A DNA stretch of 63,272 nucleotides, filler included, from Lenisia limosa (taxonomy: Eukaryota; Protista; Breviatea), in NCBI GenBank assembly GCA_001655205.1. It is 10 parts of 10 records of this genome, joined end to end, with 100 filler letters (N's around TTAATTAATTAA, not from the genome) between each part and the next. Parts side by side here need not be neighbours in the genome. Positions count along the whole stretch, not along the records: positions 9,746 to 32,582 come from LPNZ01007902.1; 9 more parts are not named here. One strand, written 5' to 3'. Position numbers and translations under genes: made by a program. Below are positions 11,400 through 23,309 of the stretch, one piece after another. The notes beneath the pieces are model-generated. The model did not search any database. It saw only the letters and a list, made by a program, of their open reading frames with translations, and was not told the DNA's origin. Each line of letters starts with the position of its first letter. The first letter of the stretch is position 1.

Positions 11400-13325
11400 A
11401 TGGGTTTCAATCAACCAATTCTTTACCTTGCCATGCTGTTAGCATGTTGCACTGGTATCAGCATTAAGCCTGATCAAGCGATTGAGGTTCGTTGGCGAGG
11501 AGATGTCCTCTTTTCTGTTAAAGGAGTGTTTTTTTAATTAGTTTTTGATTCCTCTCTAGATTCCAAAGTTGGAGGTTGATGGTGTTGATGTTGGAGCCAA
11601 ATTGCTCGAACTTGGAACTACTTCTCTGAGTAAGTTGGTTGCTATTATTTTTGAGGGGTGGGGGGTGAGGGGGAGGGTTATGCTGCTAATCAAGAACGGA
11701 CGGGAGAGGGAATAAAATGTCTATGTATGGTCTTACTCAAATATCTATCCATTTCTCTTTTGTTATAATCAAATATGATATGTGAACTGCTGTTGATATG
11801 TGTGCAGAATTGGTTATATTTGGCTTTCTCCTTCACCCACCGCTAACATTAATGCAGGCCCGCAAAAAACAGGCTCAGCATGCGGAGCCCACAAACATGG
11901 AGATGTATGGTTTCTGACATTAATGAGGATAGTGATTTTTTTTGAGCCGTCTTTGCTAATTAGTGTAGATGTACCTCATTGATAGTGACCGCCACATTGT
12001 TGCATGTCTTTTCGGAAGGGTAAGCTGACATTCTTGCTATTCCCAGTAATCCTGTGGTCCTTGGATGGTCTAAAAAAATAGGAATTAACTATTGCTCTCG
12101 ATCACTATCTGGACTGCTCTGAAGTAAGATTGGGACTGAAACGAGAGTCTTCTTATGGCCGTAACCCAATAGGTCTCACCATTTGTGGATGGTCAACAAT
12201 ACACGTTTATCAATGACCTGGGTACTGTCTTCAACGCCTCCTGTTCAGAATTTGATGGGTTTGTCGGATTTCAACTTTTCAACTGTTGTTATTATGACAT
12301 TTCAAATTTTTTCGTGATTTATAGTAATATTTCTAGGCATAGATGGATGGGCTTTGAAGCTGTTGATTTAGATATGACTTTCACCTCAAACAGTATGGAG
12401 GGGGGAACAATTTCTTTTTGACGTAACCCTGTATTATTGTTTATTGTTGTAGTGTTTTGAACTGCATTGTTTTAGTTAATTCACCTATTATTAGAAGCAC
12501 TAACCGCCACCCATGAGTACAATGATGTTATGAGTCAAAACTCTGTTGTGGTTCCATATGTTGCAGACTCAACAACCACGGTTGGGGGCTGGTTTTGTTT
12601 GGGTATTTCAACATTATCACATTACCTTCCAAGACATCTGTTGTGTCCCTTGCTCTTCCGTTCTTAAAAGGTAAGGAAGAAAGACCCTCACAATCACTGT
12701 ATTACTGAGACAATTCCCTCACTTTTACTCTAGGTACCGTGATGACGGCATCAATTACCATTGCCAAAACCAACGGGCTTGCCGGCGGTCTTGATGACTC
12801 AGCAGGTGGAGGGTTGTTAATAAATGTTTATTATTGTTGATGAATGTCATTTTTTGTTTTTCATTGCTTGTCTTAATATATTGGAGTGATTTCATAACTT
12901 GATCTGCTACTACTTCAGAATTTTTTTATGAATTGTTCAGCTTCAACAAGTGCACTTTCACCAACGTCCAACTCTGTGGCCTGGGGTTCAACTGGTACGC
13001 TTTTTTTTCATGATAGAGTACAAGTAATGATTATTTCCTTGACAATTGCAGCACTTTTCTCCTGTGTGTATCATATATTATACCACTTACCCACACAGAC
13101 GGCTTGATATATGCTGGCGGTACTCTTGGCGGCCAATGCTTGACCAGTGTGGTGGGTTACTTCGCCTTGCCAGAGTTAACATATAGGCCCAAACCCCAAC
13201 ACAGGGAACCGTGTCTCTTTCCGACCCGAAGTTCATCTTTGGCCTATCACAAATCAGCGGTGCTGACTGTATGTTTTGCTGAATTTCTTTGTTCTGGAGT
13301 TTTTCATGGTTTTACCAGTTAAGAT
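11400..13325 (+). CDS. Hypothetical multi-exon gene(s)
   Basis: Short GT-AG bounded exons such as IKPDQAIEVRWRGDVLFS | IPKLEVDGVDVGAKLLELGTTSL and TSVVSLALPFLK | GTVMTASITIAKTNGLAGGLDDSA | ...DGLIYAGGTLGGQCLTSV. No family recognised. Confidence 0.3.
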
Positions 13326-13447
13326 GAGGGATGCGACTTTGCTGGAATGATTTACGTTCGCTAGCAGTCGGTATGCCAGTTTTGACTTTGGTACTTATGT
13401 ATACTCTCAAACACCTATCGAAAGGAATCATTTCCGTCCACCATAAT

Positions 13448-16400
13448 CTACATTTTGTCCAGCTCCTGGCATATTTCCTGGAAAGAAGGCCTTGACCTAG
13501 CAAGTAAGAGATACAGAACACCCACCGTGGCCTCACGCACCAGCATTTCCTGATGAGTTTCAGGAGGGCAGCTGGCCAACCTTCGGGCAGTGTCGAGGGA
13601 AGAGCCAGTCGCTTGCCTTCAACACAGACTTGGCGTTCAATGGCCCTGTATTGATTGAGTATCACGGCTTGACTTACTTCCAGTCACGACCTTGCCACGG
13701 CCGTTTGTGCATCACCATTTCCCATGCTACCACCCCGAACGCGTACACGTCGCAGGGATAGCTGCATTTCCCTCCCTTTGGAGTGAGAAACGAAGCTTCT
13801 GACCTACCTGTAACTGCTCAGGGGCCATGTAGGGTGGCGTCCCCGCATTGATACACGTGTCAACGTCTCCCTTTGCGGTGGCTTTTCGAGAAAGTCCCAG
13901 ATCAGAGACCTAAAATCGTCATGAGAACACCGTCAAACCTTGGCTCGAACACGGCCAGTTTTGGGATCTCTTTGCAGCAAAATATTGTCTGTTTTGACAT
14001 CACGGTGAACAATACTGAGCTGGTGCAGACCCATGAGAGCGCACGCAATGTCCTGGCCCAGGTTACCAGAGTGCATGGCATACCTTCAAGATGGTCATGC
14101 AGTCTGTTGGCGTCAGCTCGAGGCCTGACTTTTTCACAGTCCTTACGGATCTAAACGGTGACGACTGTACCTGACTAACTTGGTATGAAGGGCATGCGCC
14201 AGATCTGTGTCCATCAGCTCCAATACGGCCGCAACAAAGGGGATGCTTTTTTCGCCTACTCATTAAGGCAAATATGGCCTTACCGTCTGACTCCAGGTTT
14301 TCAAAGTCGATACAGATGCCATAGCACTCTACAATTCTAGGATGCCTGGCGTTAAAGGTATATAAGCCGAACCTGATTGAAAGGAGACTCTCAATTTCCA
14401 TACATGCTTCCCTTGCAAATCGTGCAGAGTTGCTACGAACCTAGGTGATGGGCATTTAGTACTCCTGAGGGCCTACTTTGAGCTTCTTCACGGCAACCAT
14501 TCGTCTTCCATATGATGCACGATAAACCTTTCCAAAACTACCACCACCTGGAAATAGGTCATATCACAGGCTTCCCACCAATAAACGTTGATTTCGGGAA
14601 GGCAGATGGTAGACACGCTCTTGGAATTGTGGCCACCTATTACAATCACAAGAAACTGTTTCCTTACACTATTAAGGAAAGCAGCAGCACCCATAAGATT
14701 CATATTTGGTACTTCAATAGATGTGGATTTTCTATTTCATCAGGACTAAGGGAACACACCTTTTCATTTTCTTATCTTCGATTTCCATTTTCAGTAGTGG
14801 GTGTTGGTAGTGGATCGAGTCCCCTTTTCCTAGTCGAATCAAGCTTTCTGTCAATACTCTCAATAAGCCTTACTTCTGGGGGTCCCACATAGTGTCAACA
14901 ATATGGTGTTTGCCGTCAATCCAGACCAGATTCCAGGCATGTCGGGTCTCCTCTGAATGTTAAGTTGCAACCTCACTACACACCTTCTTGGGCTGAACTG
15001 GGATTGCTTTCTTCTTTATCATTCTGTGTGAATCAAATAATAAACCAATCTAACAGACAAACCAACCTCAGAGTAGATGCCCCGGAACACCATACATGGC
15101 ACCCCGGACGCGTCACAAAGGACTTTCATCAGGAGGCAGCGGTGACGACAGACTCCAAATCGAAGTGACCCCAAGGGAACAACGTTGGATTTGTTTTTGG
15201 CCTAAATGTTAGGCTTTGTCTTTGGCTTACTATTAGCTGAGAGATGAATTGGTCACAATTGTCTTCAATATCCTTGTCATCACCACCAAGTCGTTCAGAA
15301 ACTGAAATAATTACATTTCTAGAAGTGACCTACCCAGATGGGCCAATAGTAAGACCTTTGACCTGGTGTTGTGGGTGGGTAAGGAAGAGGCTATTGACAC
15401 ACTCCGACGAATGAAGCTGTCAAGTTGTTTATCCTTGCTTCTACTGAATAAGATTCAACGCTGACATACAGGTCCACAAGAATAACTTCTCTTGCCTCAG
15501 GACTTGGTGCTAGATTTTTGAACCACTTTAGTGAGGGAAGTACGGGGAATGCTGGTTCTTCCGATCGGTTACTGGACTGTTCAGATTCTTTTGATTCAGT
15601 AATGCCGTGTTCAGTCAAGTCTCTTCCTGATTGAGTCAAATTCGTTTTGAAATGAAGACACAAACCAGGATCAAAAAACGGTACTCTCATTTTGTCAGCA
15701 TATCCAATGACATTTTGGTTGTAATAATTCCAGCTGAGGCCTCCCGGGGCTGCAACTGCGTAGCCTTTGCCGTTGTTCGCCGGACGTCTAGTTCGCATTC
15801 TCTGAATTTGAGTTTGGAAGATGGCATACTTTTGACCTTGGGGTTAAACCGGGCGTGTCTGGTGATGGTGTTGCAATGTTCACTGAGTTTTCAGCATTTT
15901 CATTTGGCTGAATTGTAATATAATCAAGGTTCCAACTGTTTCAGGAATACAAATTTCCTTAGCCTCAAAGTTATGAATTAGATTCAATCCCACCTAAGGT
16001 GTCAGTTGAAATACGACTTACATTTGGTGACTCAGCCAAGAAATTGGTCATTTTGTGAAAATCAAGGACGTTCATGTGTTTCAGTGAATCAAATGTGTTC
16101 TTTCCTTCCTTCCAATCTTCCCAATTACTATTTAGATAACTGTCTTCTTTTTCTGCAAGGTCTAAGCAGGTTACTCTATCTCTGACAATACCAATATAGT
16201 GTTTCTTTGGTGTTTCAAAACTGTCAAGTAGATTGCCTTGATTTGGTCTTTTGAGGCTGGGTCTGAGTTGTGAGAGACAAAGTTACCACTAACATTTGGC
16301 CACTTTTACAATCCAGTGGTTCACCTTTGTTTTGTCTTGAAGATGTTTCAGTATCCTTAAAAGTGAGATACTGTTGTTAAAACATACCAGCTTGTTCTGT

Positions 16401-18295
16401 GGTTGTGGGAGTACGGATGCTGGGGACTTCAAAGCAGAATGAGGAGTTTCTAACTTAATTGGTGTTTGGTTGTTGAGGGAGGGTGTCTGGCAATCAGATA
16501 AACATTGGTGTTTTGACGGGGAACTTGGAAATTGGGGGTTTGAATGTTTGAAAAAAAACTTCGACGACAATCTCGTCAGTTTAACCTGGGGAGACGGAAA
16601 TAGAGCTCTCTTTACTTCAGCTGGTGAACTGTGACCATCTTGTCCAACAGAGTTCTGTTGCTCATCAAGTAAAAGACCAGAATCAATGTCGACGTGGAAT
16701 TGGGCTTTTTCACTTTGGTCACCAAGTGAGTTCATACTTGACACCAAGGCGCAATTTGACTCGTCAGGTTCAGACGGGGCGAAAGAGGCGAATCCAGGTG
16801 ATGTTGGTGCGATGGGGCTGTCAGAAGAATTTTGCTGGCTTTTTGTCGAGTGAAAACTCCCCGTTTGTGAGCTTGAAGGGCTTAGGAGACAAGATTCAAC
16901 TTCAATTGCGGTATCAAATGAGGGAAGGAATGAGAAACAAAAGGAAACATCTCCATTCAAAAGCTTGGCAACCTAAAGTGTCATTGTAAACTGTCCAAAC
17001 CTGGTGGGCATTTTCAGCGTTTCGTGGAATACAGTCCAAAGCTGTCTGACCAAAGTGGTTTCGAAGGGACTTATCAAATCTGAAGGTAATAAAACTTGAA
17101 ACTGTACTTTTGTGATAGTAGTGCAGCAGCAGCATCATAATGACAATGAAAGCAAGCCAGATGAAGAGGCGTGTTACCATCACTGTCACATTCGTTCACA
17201 CTTGCGCCATATTGCAATAAAGTCTACGAAATTACACAAAGTACCAGCTCACATGGATAACTGAGGCATGCCCATACATTGCTGCAAGATGGAGAGGACT
17301 ATCACCATCAGTTGTTTGTTGAAAAGGTTCTGTACCATCTAGAGGAAATTATTCAGAGGAGATGGCGCACTGATGCAAATTGCCGCAACTTCTGCAGAGG
17401 ATCCAAGGGCTGAGAAAATGTGGAGAGCTGACCAATTGTTATGAAACAACGGTATTCCTGCCAAAATAGGCTGCCTGATTGGATGAGAAATCAAGGAACC
17501 AACATTGATGTGGAACAGGTATCCAATAGTTTTCGAATAAGAAGACTCTTTTGAAATCCATTGAGAGGATTGCCTTCGAAGTAAAAACGAAATGACCACA
17601 AACTGGTTGTAACCATTGCTTTGATGATTTCTTTTTCGTCATCATGACTTCTACCTTGTTCCAAATACTCTAACGGTAGGCTGCAAGCAAGGCTTTGGAG
17701 GTTGGCATTTGCCCCATGTGCCATCAGCAACTCAACTCCAGGAACCCACCTTTAGAAATAATATGAACAAGACCTCCCCCCTTTTAAGTGTTCTTTCAAA
17801 ATACGTTGTACGTTGGAAGGTGAAATAAAATGTTGAATATACAACACATTCACAATTCTTTCATCAGTAAAATAGCTTGGATTCCAATCCGTATGTAATA
17901 TTGTAACATGTACCAAATTGCATTCCCAATTTTCACTTGTCATAAAAAGCAAAGATGAACACAATACCCAGCTAACTATCCAAAAAAGCATCCTCAAACC
18001 CGTAAAAGCAGGCCCAGTGTAGCGCTGAACGGCCACCAGCATCTTGCTGATTGACATCCGCTCCATGCTATTACGTGAATAAAGTGAGAGTTAAAATCAT
18101 TGAAATATGGCTGGAATTACTTACACGTAACAAAACAAAGACTGTTGAAAGGTGTTTAGAAGACACAGCTCTAATAAGCGGGGTTACACCTTCGCTGTCA
18201 GTGCAATTAGCGCTTCGTCCGTCTTGAAGAAAGTGTATAATTAGTTTATCTTCTCCTTTAGCTGCAGATAAGTGTATATTTCCTTCTACAGTCAT
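13448..18295 (-). CDS. Ankyrin-repeat + EDR1/CTR1-type domain + tyrosine-kinase-like (Raf-like) protein kinase
   Basis: N-terminal ankyrin motifs (GVTPLIRAV, GRSALHWACFY, WSALHIFS, GDSPLHLAAMYGH, GQTALD), then an S/P-rich linker (16289-16960). EDR1-type motifs: YNQNVIGYADKM, LPSL...REVILVD, VSERLGG, VVPLGSLRFGVCRHRCLLMKVLCDASGVPC, HAWNLVWIDGKHHIVDTM. Kinase motifs: GGGSFGKVY, VAVKK, HPRIVECYG, HRDVKTDNILL, VSDLGLSR, GTPPYMAPE, DVYAFGVVAWEM, CW...RPSFQEI; stop at 13448. Confidence 0.85.
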
Positions 18296-18586
18296 TTAAG
18301 TGAATGAAACGATGAGTCTGGGACGTCTATCCCATACTTAACTTATTTAATTATGTTAAATAAATAAAAACAAAACAAATCCGATAAAAAATATCTGCTT
18401 AAATAGGTTTTGGGTTTTGTGGGTTTTGAGATAACAAACCACAACTTCAACTGCACCCCTTATATACTATCCTTTTTATTGTCTCTCAGCTGCCAAGCTG
18501 CCTATTTGCTATTTATTTTGTCCATCATTGTTACTAGAGCATTGTAAAATAAGTATACCCAGAAGAGTCAATAACAAATCTTCACC

Positions 18587-19887
18587 ATGGATCCAGATAC
18601 TAAAGAGGTGGGCTAACTGCTGCCACTTGAACCCTTTAACAATTCTAGACACTAGATAGCTTCACAGAGCAAATTGATGTTCTTGAAGTCGCCTTACAGC
18701 CTTTGCTCACATCTGACCTGAAACAGGTTAAATATTCAGCTCTTTTTTTGTTTTTGGCATCATGAAACCTTTTTCCTATTAATCTATTATTCTTGCTCTC
18801 AAAAAAAAGTTTTCCTTATCCGGATGTAGTTGAATAAAGACCTGCCACCCCTTGAAGCAGCACGACTTAATGTGACCTCTACTTACATATTAAACAGCCT
18901 GTTTTTTAGTGGGTTCTGGAAGTGAGGGAAATTCTGTAAAGGAATCATTTGCATTGGAAAATGGTTGAGTTGGAACTAATGCGTGTAGTGCTTTTGAAAG
19001 TGCAAGGAGTGGACACAGCAGACCACCCTATCAAAGCAGAGCTTGTAGGCTTTTGCTTTTGAAGCTATATACAACACATCTTATATCAAATTGTTAACAT
19101 TGCGTGTGATAAATAAAAAGTAGAGTCAATGAAGTCATCATGTTTGGTATATGAGATGTCATCAAACATTCCTTTTGGACACATGGTTTTAATATTGTTT
19201 TTAGGAGAAGGTGAAGACCTACATGCAGAAGATCAAGGAGGTTGAAGAAAAAGACAAGAGTTGGGGGGGGGGGGGGANNNNNNNNNNNNNNNNNNNNNNN
19301 NNNNNNNNNNNNNNNNNNNNNNNNNNNNNNNNNNNNNNNNNNNNNNNNNNNNNNNNNNNNNNNNNNNNNNNNNNNTTTTTATTTCCAAGAGCCAACATTG
19401 GTGGTGGACAAGTCAGCAGCCGATAGATTGTTGCGCCATGGTCTTGGTGGTATGCTTGGGTTTATGTTTTTGCAACACATGAGCAGACTTGTCCTTCTGT
19501 TAGTAATATTACACGTATTAGAGATAATGATTGATAGTGTTAGAAGTCAGGCAATGGATGAGAAGTAATATTTATGAATTCCTGTCTTGCACTCTGATGA
19601 ATTTTATTAAAAGTTTTAATTCCTTAACGTAATGGGGTAAACGACTACGACCCCCCCTTTTTTTTTGTTTAATGTCTCATTTCTACATTACACCGTAACC
19701 ATTTAGTACACAAACGCAGAGAACCCAGTGCATCAGATGACGAGGTTCGTTTTTGCATAAATTTGCTCCTTTAGGGGAAAAGAACTAACCTTTTTAGTCG
19801 GAAAAGAAAAATGTCGAAACTCCAAAAAAGGAAAAGAAGAAGTCCAAAGAAGGCAAAGAAAAGAAAAAGAAAAAACAAAAGAAGTAA
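18587..19887 (+). CDS. C1D: C1D/Rrp47 (Sas10/C1D domain) nuclear exosome cofactor with lysine-rich tail
   Basis: Spliced LNKDLPPLEAARLNVTSTYILNSLFF...LKVQGVDTADHPIKAEL-EKVKTYMQKIKEVEEKDK-PTLVVDKSAADRLLRHGL matches the C1D pattern (L.PLE.A...L...Y.LNS.F..YL..QGV.P..HP.K.EL.R...YM...KE...D..AA.R). Confidence 0.8.
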
Positions 19888-20061
19888 ATGTACAATACAA
19901 ATGACCCTAGACACCCTCAACCGTCAGAAAATAGAACTAGATTACATTAGAATAAGAAACATACACCAGCAACATCTAATAGTCTGTTTCTCCCTCCTTC
20001 AAAGGTTCACTACAATGTGATAAAGTAGCATTATTATTATAACAACTCATTCCTCTTAAAG

Positions 20062-20282
20062 CAGGGTGCCGACCCAGAAACTGGCTCGGATAAACCACAA
20101 ATAGCGCCAAAACCAAGAGTAACCCGCATGATTTTTATTTACTGTTAAAGCAGTTATTTTTGAAAACAAGAGAGCAAATGTTGTGGTTATCATACTGACC
20201 AAAATCTTTGTTAAATTCTAGTAAAAAGTAGTCAAAAAATGACGTCACCGAAACTTTTTGTTCAGATGTCAGTGGCACCCAG
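20062..20282. repeat. ~220-bp dispersed repeat (possible hAT-like MITE); inverted copy at ~28910-29125
   Basis: 20180-20280 is the near reverse complement of 28913-29010 (TCACTGATATCTGAACAAAAA...TTTTTACTAGAATTTA...GTCAGTATGATAA). Ends read CAGGGTGCC...GGCACCCAG; no TSD found. Confidence 0.5.
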
Positions 20283-20379
20283 ATTCAAAATAACAAGTAT
20301 CTCATCAAAAGCAATGAAGCACAAGTGACATTCGAAATATAAATATTTTTTAAAATTATGTATCTTAAAAAAAGCTTCA

Positions 20380-21877
20380 AACCTTGACACAGGACTTGGC
20401 TCAGGTTCAGGCTCCACCGGACTGTCTTCACTTTGCTCATTTTCTAGAAGATGTAAAATCAAAAGAAATGACAATTTAGCTTCTCAAAGCTCAGAAAAAA
20501 AGGACTATTGTGGACGTCCCTACCTGCAGCGCTGTCACCAGTTCCGTTGTTCTCTGTAGGACGTGCGCGTCCTATTTTGATAAGCTCGTTTCGATTGGGG
20601 TTCATCATGTTCAAAAGACATTAGTGCTTTCATTTTTATCCCACAAACGTGTGCGTGTCTTTGTTGGACTTGGTTCCTTCTTATACTCCTGGAAAAGTAT
20701 TAAGAACAGTATGATTAATGAGTATGTTTAAAGCGAGATTTGCAGCGAACTTTTTGGGTTCGAGTCTTGCACAAATTAATTTTTTTTTTTAAAAAAAAAG
20801 CGTTCTCTCATTTTTCTTTTTTTGGAACAATTTCCCTTTGCTCTCTGAATTGATTGTTATTGAAAGATACAATCATTTGAAAAGGGAAAAGAGAAAGAGA
20901 TGCATTGAACATCGAGAAATCGAGATTTGCCCTATCAAAGGAAGAAAATATACAAATCCAGCTCTCTCGAGCCTTCCTTCTTGGGAATGCAAGTTGTATT
21001 CAATTGAACAGTTTTTTTTACGAGGGGTAGAGAGGTTAGTAGCATTATCTCGAAACGGTGCACATCTCGCTTTAAAACTGGATCTCTATTCCCTCAGGAC
21101 TTTCCATTAAGCTGTATAAAACCCTTCACATACCATGATATTATTGAGGTAGACTTCATTTTTCTTCCTCTAAAAAAAATGAAAAATAATTACGTAGGAA
21201 ATGATGCTATCAGCTATTCTATATGTTATATTCTTCCTTCTTACGTCCTCTTCCCATTGTAAATGGCTGTAATGGGGCTCCTTCTCTTGAATTCTCTTCA
21301 ATATAGCCTAAACCATGAAAAAAAAAAAACAAAAAAAAAATCACGTTGAAAAGCCCAAAAATCAGCACACCTGGTTCTCTTTTGTGATTCTGTCAACCTC
21401 CTGCCGGCGATGAACTTGGTTCAAGCTTTGAACCTGGAAGGTTAAGGAGGTTAGACGGGCTTGACATGGGTTTCGGCCGCTCACTTTCGGAGCTGGAGCA
21501 GCGGCAGTTGGTCCCTTTCCCGTCTGCATGATATTACTCATCTTTTCAAGAAGAATGCGGTTATCGCGTTCGATGGTTGCAAGGCGCTCTAAAAATCATC
21601 AATATTCATAGAAACACCCCAAACGATTCCGATATGATACATGATCACAACACCAACCTTCCTCGAGTTGAAGCTTTTTGAGCTTTGATTCCAAGTGGGT
21701 TTGTCTTTTAGGAGCTTTGTTGTCAACCATAGGGCGTATGTCTCTGGGGGAGGATAAGCTCGTTCAAGAGGGCGGAGGTAAGGCTTCTCACCTTAGTTTC
21801 TTCCTATGGGCCTCATATCTGTCTTGTTCCCATTTCTTAGACAAAATTTTGCTTGCTGAGGGAATAGCACGGTGCAT
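20380..21877 (-). CDS. CFAP97/KIAA1430 (Hemingway)-domain flagellar protein; 3' end approximate
   Basis: MHRAIPSASKILSKKWEQDRYEAHRKKL...RPMVDNKAPKRQTHLESKLKKLQLEE...IERDNRILLEKMSNIMQ...SLNQVHRRQEVDRITKENQ...RIQEKEPHYSHLQWEED follows the CFAP97D-family motif order. Confidence 0.75.
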
Positions 21878-22083
21878 GGTGGTGCGGTTCTCGGAGAAAG
21901 CACCAAATTAGGACGTTCTTTCGTGATTTCTTCAATTAGATTATTAGTTCGCACGTAACTAGTGAATAAAAGTGTACAAAGTAGCTGTTTTACGTTTTGC
22001 TGTTTTTTCAGTTTTTCAGGGTTTTTACTTGCACTGGTACAAGCTTAAAAGGACAAAAAACCAAAGCCAAACAACGAAACATA

Positions 22084-23168
22084 ATGGCCCAAACATCAGC
22101 AGCAGCGTTTCCTAATACAATGGAGGAAGAATCTGACTCCTTGCGGGAGTATGAAAACACATACCAGATGGAGCCCGAAAAAAAGTAGGTTGTGTATCCT
22201 GTTTTTCAGCTCCGCCTTCTTATATATGTCTTAATTTTATAATAGAGCCAGAAAAAAGCGAGTAAAATCCAATATTGTCTTTTCATTTCTATGATCTTTC
22301 CAATTACCCTCAAGGTTTTCGCCTAGCGCAGCCAAAAAAACAATGCAGGCAATCCTTGATCAGGAATGCTCTGGTGTTGTGTACGAGGCTAGTATAGCTA
22401 ATGGGTTGGCAAAAGAAATCTGTGGCAAGGCTCAGGAAGCTATCAAAGGTTTGGGCCTGCTTCTTGCTGGAGCATGTTTTGAGCAGTCTAACTGATACAG
22501 ATCATGGATACTCCAGGTACAAACTCGCTTTTCAGGTTGGTGAATGGAGGTCTAATGAAGTTTTATATACTCTTGTGCGTGAGATTGTACTAATGCCTTA
22601 GTGCACAGTCGGCGAGTCAAGGGGGCAAGGAGTGAAAGTTGTTAGCGCCTCTTTGTGGGATGCTGACCTTGATGGGTCCGCTTCAGCGTCGTTTAGCTCA
22701 GTATGAATCCTGGCTTATGGCTATATAAGGCGTCACTCTGGTTCCAAAATCAGGGTGTATCCGATAAACATTGATATTTGGCTGGTCTTTTTGTATAAGA
22801 TAGTAAAGAGACGATTATTTTATTGGAGTAATACATCTTTTATAAGTTGGTCCCTCCTCCATTTCACCCCCCCCCCCNNNNNNNNNNNNNNNNNNNNNNN
22901 NNNNNNNNNNNNNNNNNNNNNNNNNNNNNNNNNNNNNNNNNNNNNNNNNNNNNNNNNNNNNNNNNNNNNNCGCTTCAGAAGCGACTGGCCTGGGCTTTTT
23001 TTTTGTTTGTTATCAACCCTCTTGTAGAGAGTTGATTTAGGCTTTTTTTTGTTTCATAAATTTTCCAATTTTACTCCCCCCTCCCCTATCGGTTGACTTT
23101 GGCGTCTCTCACTGCTTTAGTCGACGTTGTTTGTTGTTCTCAACTGTTTTGCGTGTTATTACGAGTAG
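22084..23168 (+). CDS. Tctex1-domain dynein light chain (TCTEX1D/DYNLT2-type)
   Basis: EYENTYQMEPEKK-FSPSAAKKTMQAILDQECSGVVYEASIANGLAKEICGKAQEAIK...RYKLAFQ-CTVGESRGQGVKVVSASLWDADLDGSASASFS-STLFVVLNCFACYYE*. ENTY..EP, RYK, GQG....S..LWD..D and terminal YYE are Tctex-1 family hallmarks. Confidence 0.85.
22975..23080 (+). repeat. Intronic repeat family C; other copies 1690-1775(+), 3556-3660(+), 5770-6085(-), 40130-40171(+), 42152-42200(+), 43752-43810(+), 59765-60012(+)
   Basis: Shared GAAGCGACTGGCCTGGGCTTTGTTTTGTTGTT.TCAACCCT...AGCCAACAGAGTTGATTTGGGC.TTTTTTGTTTCATAAATTTTCCAATTTTACTCCCC. Confidence 0.8.
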
Positions 23169-23309
23169 AGGCTTATGGCGATATCTTTTATGTATAGTAT
23201 ACTGGGTGTGGATGTATTTTCAAAATAGTTCTTCCCAATGGTAGGATACATATTTATATTATAATGGAAGAGACAATAACAGAGATAATAGTTACAGGGC
23301 GTCAAGATA

